A stretch of DNA of 64,000 bases from Candidatus Poribacteria bacterium (GCA_965116925.1 OZ220744.1:6407378-6471377); one strand, 5' to 3'; shown: positions 28,861 to 39,218, numbered from the stretch's first letter. The notes: a model not told the origin generated them from the sequence alone. A program made the numbers and translations.

Positions 28861-30810
28861 CTACCAGAACCACACCACGTACAACGGTGTCTCGATAATC
28901 ACGCTCAAAATTGACCAGTAACATCCACTTGCAACATCTCCCAGAATAAGTCCTAGGAAGAAGGGCAGGAAACGCCGGTATAATCGTGCTCCACCAACCT
29001 TGAAAACGATGAATTTAATAGTTCCACATAGGATTAAGGCGAACCAGTAGTGATCCATGGTACCGCCGTTGATGCCCATCGCATACCCGACCGGATGCAG
29101 AGGCCACCAGATAAATTTGAGCCGTAGAAGCCCTAGCAACATGGTGAATGCGAATCCTAGACCGATTGCCATGGTGCCAAAAACATCCATCTCACGGGGG
29201 AATTGGAACCAACCGGAGAGTTGGTTGTAAACACCCTGTCCCGGTCCCAACACCTGTCCGGGAGCGTCTACAGCAATTGAGGCACCGAAGTCGTACAAAC
29301 AGTAGAGGTAAACAAGAAAGGCGATGAAAACACTGGGCGCAATTCCAAGGAGCATGACCACCATCAACCGGCGATAGTTAATTCCGGTGCGTTGGGCCAG
29401 CTTGAAACCTTCAAGTTGGTGAGGCATCGGGTGGCTTCGGTTTGAACCGTTGAACCACGAGAACAGTGAGAACAGCGTCAGATCGCTCTTACCGAAAGCC
29501 GTCACACCCGCCACCGATGTCAGAATTGTCTGTGGATTGACGCCCCCCATGTTATGCACAGGCGGACCGAGTTCAGCGCGAATGCGTGTAACAGCCGCTG
29601 CAATAATCATATATAAGCCAAAGAAGAGTGGGAACACCCACGCGGACATTCCTGCCTGACTGGAAATTACATAGAGGAGAAGAAGACAGATCACGATCCC
29701 GATGACAGCAGATCGATAGCGCACCGGTTCTTGCGAATCATCAAGGGACGTATTCATGCCAATCACACGCTTTAGAATGTCCAGAAAATGTTTCCGCCCC
29801 GCCCAAATTGCCATTGCAATGATTGCGAGGAAGGCACCAACCGCTTGGTTCGGTAGGAAGGGGTAGTAGGGGATCGTATACAAGCCAGCAGCCCGTCCGC
29901 CGATAAATTGTGCTTTTCGGACCCAGTAGAAGAACGCCATTGAGAAGCTTAAATCGATCGGCAGCAGAAAACACAACCCGATCATGAACAATCGTAGATG
30001 AAAATAGGTTGTTCCAATCGCGTCCCACGGTTCATTGTTCAGCCATAGGGCGAGATCCGCAGTCGGCTCGCGGATCGGTATCAGGGGGACGGATGGATAC
30101 AGAAAATTGAGTCCGTTGATAATTTCGATTGCTGCTGCGATTCCAAATCCCCACCACATTGCACGGTTCTGAAAGAAACTCATTCCCGGAGCTGTCATAT
30201 CGAGCGGCAATTGGGCAATCGGATACGGCATCCTTTCATGTTCAATCCATTGGCGTCGGATGAAAACGTTCAAGAAGGCAACGAGAAAGAAGATCAGCGT
30301 GGCGATTGCTGTCCAGCTCAGGATAGGTGCTATCCAGTAGCGCAAATACCCATCGGTGAAGAAATTTGCGCCGCCTTCGTAAAATGGACGTGCCATCTCG
30401 GTGTGTTCCATGACAAGCCACTTTGGGAGATGGGGATGGATAAGCTGCTTCCATTCATTTTCAGGCGAAGCGAACCAGAACGCATGGGTGAGTGGACCCA
30501 TGAGGCTCACCATGTTGTCGTGGGCGATCACCGATGTCGTCGTCGCCATCATAATGTAGATGACGAGTAGTTCGGCTTGGGTCAGTGCATAGTTGGGAAA
30601 GAACCGGTGGACGCCAGCGTTCACAAGGGCGAGGGTGAAGACGATGAAAATTACATTCATCGGGATGGAAGTTGCAGAGAAATGGAAGCCATGCCAGACC
30701 ATTTCGACCATGGCAATCCAATACGCGTTCACGGGCATGAGGATAAACCCTAATAGCACGGCACGTAAGGTAATCCGCGACTCGGAACGCGGGGCTGGAG
30801 ATGTTCTCAT
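28861..30810 (-). CDS. Polytopic membrane protein, DUF6785/DUF6784-like putative transporter
   Basis: Many hydrophobic segments; RRQWIEHERMPYPI and WWPLHPVGY signatures. Confidence 0.75.
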   Translation of the reverse strand: MRTSPAPRSESRITLRAVLLGFILMPVNAYWIAMVEMVWHGFHFSATSIPMNVIFIVFTLALVNAGVHRFFPNYALTQAELLVIYIMMATTTSVIAHDNMVSLMGPLTHAFWFASPENEWKQLIHPHLPKWLVMEHTEMARPFYEGGANFFTDGYLRYWIAPILSWTAIATLIFFLVAFLNVFIRRQWIEHERMPYPIAQLPLDMTAPGMSFFQNRAMWWGFGIAAAIEIINGLNFLYPSVPLIPIREPTADLALWLNNEPWDAIGTTYFHLRLFMIGLCFLLPIDLSFSMAFFYWVRKAQFIGGRAAGLYTIPYYPFLPNQAVGAFLAIIAMAIWAGRKHFLDILKRVIGMNTSLDDSQEPVRYRSAVIGIVICLLLLYVISSQAGMSAWVFPLFFGLYMIIAAAVTRIRAELGPPVHNMGGVNPQTILTSVAGVTAFGKSDLTLFSLFSWFNGSNRSHPMPHQLEGFKLAQRTGINYRRLMVVMLLGIAPSVFIAFLVYLYCLYDFGASIAVDAPGQVLGPGQGVYNQLSGWFQFPREMDVFGTMAIGLGFAFTMLLGLLRLKFIWWPLHPVGYAMGINGGTMDHYWFALILCGTIKFIVFKVGGARLYRRFLPFFLGLILGDVASGCYWSILSVIIETPLYVVWFW

Positions 30811-30921
30811 AGAATTAAGCGTAATGCGTAAAAGCTGAAAGTGGGAAAACGTGATGCCTGAGACGTGAAAAAGGGCAGAAACCTCCTCACATTTTACGTT
30901 TCACGTTTCATTGTTACGGAT

Positions 30922-31464
30922 TTACCCTTGGGATCGTCGTCCTGGATCTCGATAAATAACACGGCCGCGTGTTAAATCGTAAGGCGACAGTTCGACAAGG
31001 ACTTTATCTCCCGGCAGAATTCTGATGAAATTCTTCCGCATTCTGCCAGAGATGTGTGCCAGGATCTCATGTTTATTATCCAATTCAACCCGAAACATGG
31101 CATTGGGTAGGGTTTCGATCACTGTCCCTTGTACCTCGATTTTGTCTTCCTTGGCTCGGACTCGGGATTGGACACCATCTCTGGTTTCCTGAGTCTCTTG
31201 CTCTGCGCGAACCTCAATCTTATCCTTACGAAATTCACGCTTATTTTTCTTTTTATTTCTGGTTTTTCCTGCGCCTGGTGCGGGACCTCTACCTTGCGCT
31301 GGACCTCTGCCCTGTGAAGGTCCTCTACCTTGTGAAGGTCCTCTGCCTTGTGCAGATCCCCTTCCTTGTGAAGGTCCTCTACCTTGTGAAGGTCCTCTAC
31401 CTTGTGCAGGTCTATTTCTATTTGGCGATGGGCCTCTTCCTTGTGTAGGTCTTTTGCCTCTCAC
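30922..31464 (-). CDS. infA: Translation initiation factor IF-1 with long repetitive N-terminal extension
   Basis: C-terminal [57 protein letters not shown] is canonical IF-1; GTG start behind AGGAG. Confidence 0.92.
   Translation of the reverse strand: MRGKRPTQGRGPSPNRNRPAQGRGPSQGRGPSQGRGSAQGRGPSQGRGPSQGRGPAQGRGPAPGAGKTRNKKKNKREFRKDKIEVRAEQETQETRDGVQSRVRAKEDKIEVQGTVIETLPNAMFRVELDNKHEILAHISGRMRKNFIRILPGDKVLVELSPYDLTRGRVIYRDPGRRSQG
31278..31452 (-). repeat. 18-bp coding tandem repeat (QGRGPS) within infA
   Basis: Units such as ccttgtgaaggtcctcta repeat on the + strand; boundaries approximate. Confidence 0.85.
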
Positions 31465-31545
31465 TTGTATACATCTCCTCTGTATGGGTTAAAGGGTTAT
31501 CAAAATCTTCCAATCTATAGCTCCGTCATTCGTGACGGAGAGTTG

Positions 31546-32349
31546 TCAATGGTCTTCGAGACTGAAAATTTTGCCTTTTTCGATGACGAGTGTGCGAAGA
31601 TACTTCGCTGCTGCTTGGAGTTGGGATTGGGCGTTGCCTTCGTCACTGCCGGTCGAAACCAGATCAACAGGCATATACTGATTGTCATCGCGTCGCAAGG
31701 CGACATAGGCTTTTAAGTAGACGTTTGGGTGTTCACCCATTACTTGTTGCAAAAGCGGCGAAACTTCCGCCTCAAACATATTTACATGTACGCGCAATGT
31801 TGCAATTTTCGCGCTATAGCGTTCAGCAATCAACGGCGCAATGTAGGCTTCAAAAATGGACTTCATCTCCCGCGGCGGACCGGGCATCAACAGAATCGAC
31901 GACGAATCTTTTGTAACACGAACACACGGTGCCCAACCGACCGGATTTTGAAAAACTTCGGCGGTTTCGGGAACAGTCGCCATATTAACCATGGCATCGG
32001 TCACGTCATCACGGTTCGTTAACTCCCGTCTCTCCATAAAAGAGGTTAATGTTTCCTCATGTACAACAGGTTGTACCCCGAGGATTTTTGCGATGCTCTG
32101 CACTGTCATGTCGTCGGGAGTTGGTCCAAGTCCCCCGGTTGTAAGGATCAGATCTGTTTTCCGGTGAATGGAATCCTCAATGGCTTCATACATTTCGTCA
32201 AACTCATCTCGAAGCATCGTCACACGACGCAGCTGGCCGCCTAACTGAAGAATCTGCTGTGCAATCCAGTGAGCATTGGTATCTTGGATCTGCCCTAGGA
32301 TTAACTCGGTTCCAATTGAAAATAACTCAATAACGGGCGTGCGTTCCAA
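31546..32349 (-). CDS. CinA N-terminal-like molybdopterin-binding (COG1058) protein
   Basis: IGTELILGQIQDTN, TGGLGPTPDD and PGPPREM motifs; no C-terminal PncC domain; TTG start behind GAGGAGG. Confidence 0.88.
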   Translation of the reverse strand: MERTPVIELFSIGTELILGQIQDTNAHWIAQQILQLGGQLRRVTMLRDEFDEMYEAIEDSIHRKTDLILTTGGLGPTPDDMTVQSIAKILGVQPVVHEETLTSFMERRELTNRDDVTDAMVNMATVPETAEVFQNPVGWAPCVRVTKDSSSILLMPGPPREMKSIFEAYIAPLIAERYSAKIATLRVHVNMFEAEVSPLLQQVMGEHPNVYLKAYVALRRDDNQYMPVDLVSTGSDEGNAQSQLQAAAKYLRTLVIEKGKIFSLEDH

Positions 32350-32396
32350 CCTAACCTCCTCATCGCTCAAGAGCTCATTGGTTATTCGCCTATTTA

Positions 32397-33452
32397 TCAC
32401 AACTTTTGGTCAAGGAATTGAAATGCCCCAACCCCGTGAAAACTATGGGCAGCTTCAAACACCTCAAGTCCTAACTGATCCTCAGCACCAAAGGCGCGAA
32501 AAATTTCTTGCGCTTGGTCAAATGCAAATCGGGTCGCATCAATTGGGAAGATGGTATCTTCCGTGCCGGATTCGACGAACATCGCCCGCGGCGCAATCAA
32601 GCCAGCAATGTCATACATCTCTGCATACTTGAGAACACCGGGGATATAGTTGTCGATACAGTGGTTGATACTCAAGATACTGTCACGGAATGTATTGAAA
32701 TAGCCGCTGACGACAGCCACCTTGAACCGCTCATCTATTGCTGCTGAATAAAATGTTGTCGTCCCACCGCCGGAGATTCCCATGACGCCGATACGGTTCA
32801 TGTCAATTTCAGGACGTGTTGAAAGGTAATCGAGAGACCGCATCGCATCGTAGACTCGCCAGCCAATCATCGTTTGCCCAAGCAGAAAGGCTGCCCCGGA
32901 AGCAGGCAGACATGATGAATTGCCCGCTCCCCGTTGACACGCTGCTTCATCTCGACGATGTCCGAACCCAAACTGTTCAATTGCCAACGCAGCATACCCT
33001 CGGTCTACACACTGAAGGGCAAAATCGTTTTGATATTCGCCGTATTCGGTTCGCATTGTGCCATCCTCCTGAATTCCAACGATGTCATCGACACCACGTC
33101 CGTGTCCATGCAGACAGAGGATGGTGGGCCCCGGCGTTTCAAAATCTTTAGGCAGCAGCAAATAGCCGAAAACGGTCATATTGGGACGGCTTTGGAACAG
33201 CACCGTTTCACGGGTATAGGTTGAGAATTCCTTCGTTTCCGTGACTCTGGGCAGCAATTCGCATCTCTCGTCTGGAAAATCACCGAGAAGTTCAATGAGT
33301 TTCGCTCTCAAATCGCGCTGCCAACCCTCCGCCCCCCCTTTATCCCCCCGCTGGCGGGGGGAAAAGGGGGATGCCTGAAACGCCATCGTGCGAGCGGCGT
33401 GATCGTACATTTCATGTGAAAAGGCTAAGGTATCTAAGTGGTCTTGGGACAT
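32397..33452 (-). CDS. Alpha/beta hydrolase (acetylxylan esterase / dienelactone hydrolase-like)
   Basis: HGHG, GISGGG nucleophile elbow, D and H triad positions. Confidence 0.88.
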   Translation of the reverse strand: MSQDHLDTLAFSHEMYDHAARTMAFQASPFSPRQRGDKGGAEGWQRDLRAKLIELLGDFPDERCELLPRVTETKEFSTYTRETVLFQSRPNMTVFGYLLLPKDFETPGPTILCLHGHGRGVDDIVGIQEDGTMRTEYGEYQNDFALQCVDRGYAALAIEQFGFGHRRDEAACQRGAGNSSCLPASGAAFLLGQTMIGWRVYDAMRSLDYLSTRPEIDMNRIGVMGISGGGTTTFYSAAIDERFKVAVVSGYFNTFRDSILSINHCIDNYIPGVLKYAEMYDIAGLIAPRAMFVESGTEDTIFPIDATRFAFDQAQEIFRAFGAEDQLGLEVFEAAHSFHGVGAFQFLDQKL

Positions 33453-33467
33453 CTGAAATTCTCCATG

Positions 33468-34397
33468 CTAATCCCACAGTCTGGTGCTGAAGTATCGCTC
33501 CCCAAGGTCGTTGAAGACGGTAACGATAACCCCTTCTTGAATCTCTTTAGCGACTTCATAAGCACCCTGTAGGTATCCTCCGGAGGACTGACCAACAAAC
33601 CATCCTCGCTTTGCTAGGCGGCTGCACATGTCATACGCATGATCGATGGTAACAGGGATCTTTTTGTCAATGATACTCTCGTCGAGAATCTCCGGAACAA
33701 TGTCTTCGGGTCTCCCCATCGGCTTGAGCCCCTCAATACCCGGAAATTCATCGGGAACAATACCACAAACTTGAATATCTGGATTGTGCTCTTTAAGGCG
33801 GTGTCCAACGCCGGTAATTGTTCCTCCTGTGCCAACCCCTGCGACAAAGTGGGTGACATGTCCCGCTGTTTGTTTCAGAATTTCTACCCCTGTTGTATCA
33901 TAATGCGCCCGCCAGTTGTTATCGTTCTGATACTGGTCGGCAAAGTAATACTTGTCAGGTGTTGTTTCATGGCGACGATGGACTTCGCGGAGGGCTTCAT
34001 CGTAGCCAAGGATTGCGTCTGTGTAGATGATGTTTGCACCGTGCGCTTGAATTCGCTTTTTTCGTTCTTCACTGGCGTTGCTGGGAATGACCAATTCAAC
34101 TTGGTAGCCTAAAACAGCACCGATCATGGCATAAGCGATTGCGGCATTTCCAGAACTCGAATCGAGAACAAACTTGTCGCGTGTTAGCTCGCCGGATCGG
34201 ATGGCTTCCGTCAACATACGCAGTACAGGCCGATCTTTAATAGAGCCGCCCGGATTGTACATCTCTGCTTTTGCATAGATGTCTACATCGGGCAACTCAT
34301 CGGCGAATAGGTCTATTTTGACCAGCGGTGTATTTCCGATCTGTTGAAGAAGCGGATAGTTTGAGAGAGAAACGGAGCCGGTCGATTGTTTGCTCAT
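33468..34397 (-). CDS. cysM: PLP-dependent cysteine synthase
   Basis: IGNTPL, NPGGSIKDR, SSGN, GVGTGGT and GERYFS motifs. Confidence 0.88.
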   Translation of the reverse strand: MSKQSTGSVSLSNYPLLQQIGNTPLVKIDLFADELPDVDIYAKAEMYNPGGSIKDRPVLRMLTEAIRSGELTRDKFVLDSSSGNAAIAYAMIGAVLGYQVELVIPSNASEERKKRIQAHGANIIYTDAILGYDEALREVHRRHETTPDKYYFADQYQNDNNWRAHYDTTGVEILKQTAGHVTHFVAGVGTGGTITGVGHRLKEHNPDIQVCGIVPDEFPGIEGLKPMGRPEDIVPEILDESIIDKKIPVTIDHAYDMCSRLAKRGWFVGQSSGGYLQGAYEVAKEIQEGVIVTVFNDLGERYFSTRLWD

Positions 34398-34508
34398 TTA
34401 GGATGTTACTTCCTTTTTCTAATGGAGTTTTATAGGAGATTGCTGTCGAGCAGTTTTGAAAAATGACTCGTAATACACTGCACTGTACGGAACGCGGATC
34501 TGCGTTCC

Positions 34509-35147
34509 TTACTCCGCTTGAGTCAGCCGCTGCTCAATTAACGAGCGAATATAGTCTTTAGCGGTGTCTCCGGTCAATTCACCGCTGAGAATGTCGGTCA
34601 CTTCAAATTCCGCTAAACGCAAGGTTGGTTTCAGTCCATGCAACGGCGGTAGCCAATCTCGGAATGTATCGAAAAAGGCGCGTTGTGCAGCTCGGCCGTT
34701 AATAAACGGAAAATCTGCTGTCTTTCGTCGAAAACGATCTGTCCCCTTCTGAATCGCCATCTCTTGATGTTTTACACACAATTGGAGGTATGCGTGGCGA
34801 TCAAATCCTAGAGCCAAGTCTTCCGAATAAAAGTCCAAAGTTATCTGACGAAATACTGTAAAATGTTGTAACTCGTCAAATTCAAAGATAAAATTGTAGG
34901 GCGCGGGGAAATAGGCATCGGGGGTTAAGTATCCATCTGCTTTTGTGGATAAGCCCTCCCAATCACCGCCCATCTTCTCAAAGAGGTTGACAATTCTCGG
35001 ATAATATTCACCGAAATGGGCTGGGGACGGTTTGTTTATCAGCCAATCGAACTGAGCACGCCGTTCAGCAGGAACCCCCAACACCTCCTCAACGAGCGCG
35101 ATGATGCCGATTTCAAGACGCATGTTATGCGACGGCTCCTCCACCAC
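34509..35147 (-). CDS. Hypothetical protein, possible PD-(D/E)xK/Vsr-like nuclease fold
   Basis: PDAY....FIFEFDELQHF...R and QRA.FD..RD pattern. Confidence 0.55.
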   Translation of the reverse strand: MVEEPSHNMRLEIGIIALVEEVLGVPAERRAQFDWLINKPSPAHFGEYYPRIVNLFEKMGGDWEGLSTKADGYLTPDAYFPAPYNFIFEFDELQHFTVFRQITLDFYSEDLALGFDRHAYLQLCVKHQEMAIQKGTDRFRRKTADFPFINGRAAQRAFFDTFRDWLPPLHGLKPTLRLAEFEVTDILSGELTGDTAKDYIRSLIEQRLTQAE

Positions 35148-35374
35148 TAATTACCTAAATCGAACAGGTTGTCCTAACCGTACAAAGTTTTGAGATCCCA
35201 CCGAATCAAAAGCATACCACAAATTCGATCTTCTTTCAACTGTAAATTACGCCAATCAATAATCCTCGCTTTCAATACTTGCATCGGTTATAATTATATC
35301 TGATTGCTTAATCTATTCCAATTAAGGATACATCCCGTTACGATCGGGACGCTTCAGTACCCGTCAGCCAGTCT

Positions 35375-36826
35375 ATGAAAGGAAAGAAAATGACAAATCT
35401 GCTTGATGATGCCCAAATACAGCAATTCATCACCGACGGCTATATCACTGTCCGAGCCGACTACCCTCCCGACTTTCACCAAGACATCTACCAACAAATT
35501 GAGGCGATGTTTGAAGGTGAGGGTAACACCGGCAACAATATCCTGCCACGCGTCCCCCAGATTCAGAAGGTCTTCGATCATCCGACGTTAAAGGGTGCTT
35601 TGACCAGTCTGCTTGGGGAAGGTTACATCATGAACCCCCACCGGCACTGCCATCTCAATCCCCCTGACAGCAGAGGGCAGCAGTGGCATAAGGATTGTTA
35701 TGTCTTCGATCACAATATGCGCCACCCACGCTTTCAGTGGGTGCTTGCGCTCTACTATCCTCAAGATACGACCGAAGACATGGGACCAACAGGGCTGCTG
35801 CCCGGCAAGCAGTTTTACAAAAAAGTGAGCCATGCCGATCCGCAACTAGCGAGTGAGCCTGCATCACCCCTATGCGGCGAAGCCGGCACTGTCTCACTCG
35901 TTCACTTCGATGCGTGGCACCGGGCAACGCCGAATCTTAGCACAAAGAAACGATACATGCTCAAGTTTCAGTTCGCGCGTATGCAGACACCTCAAGGGCC
36001 TTCGTGGAATCACAAACATCGTGAATGGGAAGGCGACCCAAACGATGAAAGCCGAGCCACATCGGTAGATGTCTGGAACTGGCTATGCGGAAACCATTCG
36101 CCCCCGGAGCCAGATGCGTCGGGAGATACAGCGTCAACTTTGATCGCAGCTTTGGGGGATAAGTCAGAAACCGTTCGTCTGAACGCCGCCTATACACTAG
36201 GAAGGATGGGGGAATCTGTCGTGCCTGCGTTAATTGACACTATGCGGAAGGAAACCCTTGCATCAATTGAGGAAACGACCGCCAAACCTCCTGACAATTT
36301 ACACGGCACCAATCCGACCGCCGGCTATGCGGCGCAAGCGTTGTCTGCGATTGGCTTACAAGCAATTCCAGCACTAGTCGAGACATTGGCTGATGAACAT
36401 TGGTGGGTACGTGCAATGACTGTGGATGTGTTGACGAAGATTGGACAGTCAGCGGGAGATGCGGCACCGGCATTGATGAAACGCGCGAATGATGAACATT
36501 GGTGGGTGCGTCGCAATGCGATTGAGGCATTGGGAACCATTGGGTCTTGCAGCGCAGACCCAACACCGCTACTGGTTGACGCGGTCCGAGATGAAGACTA
36601 CCGGGTACGCCGTAACGCCGCCCTCACTTTGGCGAAGCTGGGAAAACCCGCAGACGAAGCCATACCTGGGCTGGTGGAGATGTTAGAGGACGAGAATCGG
36701 TACAACCGTTTTTATGCGGCAAATGCATTACGACGGATTGACACATCTGCCGCACGAGACGCGTTGATGAACGCACTTTTCACCGCCCGATGGTGCTCCA
36801 TTACCACGAAGGATAATCAGTATTAG
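35375..36826 (+). CDS. PhyH dioxygenase fused to HEAT repeats
   Basis: N-terminal WHKD and distal WHRA; C-terminal repeats L.DE.WWVR..A..AL. Confidence 0.88.
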   Translation: MKGKKMTNLLDDAQIQQFITDGYITVRADYPPDFHQDIYQQIEAMFEGEGNTGNNILPRVPQIQKVFDHPTLKGALTSLLGEGYIMNPHRHCHLNPPDSRGQQWHKDCYVFDHNMRHPRFQWVLALYYPQDTTEDMGPTGLLPGKQFYKKVSHADPQLASEPASPLCGEAGTVSLVHFDAWHRATPNLSTKKRYMLKFQFARMQTPQGPSWNHKHREWEGDPNDESRATSVDVWNWLCGNHSPPEPDASGDTASTLIAALGDKSETVRLNAAYTLGRMGESVVPALIDTMRKETLASIEETTAKPPDNLHGTNPTAGYAAQALSAIGLQAIPALVETLADEHWWVRAMTVDVLTKIGQSAGDAAPALMKRANDEHWWVRRNAIEALGTIGSCSADPTPLLVDAVRDEDYRVRRNAALTLAKLGKPADEAIPGLVEMLEDENRYNRFYAANALRRIDTSAARDALMNALFTARWCSITTKDNQY

Positions 36827-36850
36827 AGAAATACATCTTTCCGTGAGATT

Positions 36851-38197
36851 TTAATATCCCAACCCTTTTGAAACCTCATCAATTGTCTCTTTCAGCACAT
36901 CAACAGTTTCGAGGACTTGCGACTCGTTGATTGTGAATGGAGGGCTAATGGCGATGTGATCGCCAGCCACACCGTCAATCAGTCCGGGTGCGCCCGGCAT
37001 TATTAGAACACCTTTATCAAAAGCCAGATCTACGACGGCTGAGGTCACGCCTTTTGAAACGTCGAACGGTGTTCCTTTCTCTTTGTCCGCAACAAATTCG
37101 ATGCCAGTCAGCAACCCTTTCCCACGAATATTCCCAACAATTGGTGACGCTTGTAGCGGCTTCAGCTTTTCAAGCATCAGATCTCCCATCCGTGCACACT
37201 GTGTAACAAGGTCATGCTTCTCAATATAGTTCTGCACGGCGAGCGCGGTGGCGCATGAAAGGGGATTCCCGCCGTAAGTATGTCCGTGCGTAAAGCTGCT
37301 CGATTTCTTATAGATCGCATCGTAGACTTTTTCGTGGGCGATCGTTGCAGCGATAGGGGTATAGCCGCTGCTCAACCCTTTCCCGGTGGTCATAATGTCA
37401 GGGACGACATCCCAATGCTCAATAGCAAAGTTGACGCCGGTCCGCCCGAATCCGGTTACGACCTCATCGGTAATCATCAGGATGTTGTGTCGATCACAGA
37501 TCTCCCGAATGGTAGGATAGTAGTCCGGTGGGGGTGCCACTCCCGCTGCGGACGTGCCGAGGATCGGTTCGGCGATAAACGCGGAGATATACTCGCTGCC
37601 TTCCTGATGAATCACGCGCTCAAGTTCGTCCGCGCAGGTGAGATGACAGTCCGGATACTCCTGTCCGTAGGGACAGCGATAGCAGTAAGGGGCTGGAATG
37701 TGCGGAAAATCGAGCAGGTAGGGAACATAGTCGTCCCGCCATGATGTCCGCCCGGACATTGACAGCGCACCGATTGTATTGCCGTGCCAGCTTTGCCACC
37801 GCGAAACCACCTTATACTTTTTGGGATTGCCGGTCTCAATATGATACTTGCGCGCCATTTTCATGGCAGATTCTGTCGCCTCGGAACCGCCGGAGACAAA
37901 GAACACTTTTGAGAGTCCCTCCGGTGCCATATCGTCGATTTTCTGGGCGAGATCAATCTGCGCTTGCGTGAGGAAACGGCTGTATGTGAAACAGACTTGG
38001 CTCGCTTGTTCGCCCATGACATCGGCAATCTCTTTGACGCCGTGGCCGATGCTTACCACGTGCACCCCTGCACACGCATCAAGATAACGTCTGCCATCTG
38101 TATCAAATAGATAGACCCCCTCGCCGTGAGAAATTTGTTGCCATTGCTGCTTCAGCGTTCTATGAAAAATATGATCGTCGTTCCGAGCTTCAGCCAT
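36851..38197 (-). CDS. Class III aminotransferase
   Basis: SGGSEA, FIAEP, DEVVTGFGRTG, GKGLSSGY and HGHTY motifs. Confidence 0.93.
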   Translation of the reverse strand: MAEARNDDHIFHRTLKQQWQQISHGEGVYLFDTDGRRYLDACAGVHVVSIGHGVKEIADVMGEQASQVCFTYSRFLTQAQIDLAQKIDDMAPEGLSKVFFVSGGSEATESAMKMARKYHIETGNPKKYKVVSRWQSWHGNTIGALSMSGRTSWRDDYVPYLLDFPHIPAPYCYRCPYGQEYPDCHLTCADELERVIHQEGSEYISAFIAEPILGTSAAGVAPPPDYYPTIREICDRHNILMITDEVVTGFGRTGVNFAIEHWDVVPDIMTTGKGLSSGYTPIAATIAHEKVYDAIYKKSSSFTHGHTYGGNPLSCATALAVQNYIEKHDLVTQCARMGDLMLEKLKPLQASPIVGNIRGKGLLTGIEFVADKEKGTPFDVSKGVTSAVVDLAFDKGVLIMPGAPGLIDGVAGDHIAISPPFTINESQVLETVDVLKETIDEVSKGLGY

Positions 38198-38257
38198 TCA
38201 ATTTATCTCCTTATGTCAATAAAATTATGCACTTACTCCAAATGGGAAAATTAAGGT

Positions 38258-39091
38258 TCAATTCTTTTGGCGTTTCGGTGGGGTTGCAGAGACGCCTTCC
38301 ATACCGCCGCTGACTCTGAGCACCTCGCCCGTAATCCAAGACGCTTGCGGACTACATAGAAAAGCAACACCACGGGCGATGTCAGTCGGCTCGCCCCACC
38401 GTCCCAACGGGATGGCGCTGCGGATGCGCTCGATCATCTCGTCCTCAGTGATGTTAAGCGTCTCGCAGCGTTGTGCCATGTTTCTTTTGTTAAACTCGGT
38501 GTAAACTGGACCCGGACTCACGGCATTCACTCGCACACCATACGCTGCCAACTCCAACGCCAATGTCTTGGTCAAGCTGATTATGCCTGCCTTTGCTACG
38601 TTATACGCTGCGACTAATGCCGCCGGATTTTGACCGTTGATCGAGGCGACATTAACGATGCATCCCTGTTCCTGACGCTCCATAATCCCACCGGCAGCAC
38701 GGCAGCAGTAGAATGCCCCGGTCAAAGTAGCTTTTAACACACGATCCCACTCCTCATCGCTCAACTCCACAATGGGGGTGACCTGCTGACCCACGCCGGC
38801 GTTATTGACCAAGATATCCAACCGTCCATGTTCACTGGACAACCTTTCAAAGAACGCTGTTACCTCGACACTGTCGGTGATATCCAAGTGAGCTGCATGT
38901 ACCTTCAAACCATCAGTTCGTAGTTTGTCGGCTTCCGTTTCAGCCTTATCCAGTTGCAGGTCAGCGATGATTGTCGTTGCACCATCGCGGGCAAGTTGCT
39001 CTACGATGCCGAGACCTAGCCCTTGTGCTGCTCCTGTTACCACTGCAATTGAGCCATCAAGATTTTGTAAAGAAATTCTATCATTGTCCAT
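38258..39091 (-). CDS. Short-chain dehydrogenase/reductase
   Basis: TGAAQGLG, NNAG, YNVAK and IPLGRWG motifs. Confidence 0.92.
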   Translation of the reverse strand: MDNDRISLQNLDGSIAVVTGAAQGLGLGIVEQLARDGATTIIADLQLDKAETEADKLRTDGLKVHAAHLDITDSVEVTAFFERLSSEHGRLDILVNNAGVGQQVTPIVELSDEEWDRVLKATLTGAFYCCRAAGGIMERQEQGCIVNVASINGQNPAALVAAYNVAKAGIISLTKTLALELAAYGVRVNAVSPGPVYTEFNKRNMAQRCETLNITEDEMIERIRSAIPLGRWGEPTDIARGVAFLCSPQASWITGEVLRVSGGMEGVSATPPKRQKN

Positions 39092-39218
39092 GCACAGACC
39101 TCATTTCTTCCGAAATAGCGAAACTATCTCAACCTCTCTGCAATTTTCCATTGTCAGATTTGGTGCCTTTTGCTACAATGGATCGATACTATGAAGAACC
39201 ATCAAAGGAGGAAATCCA

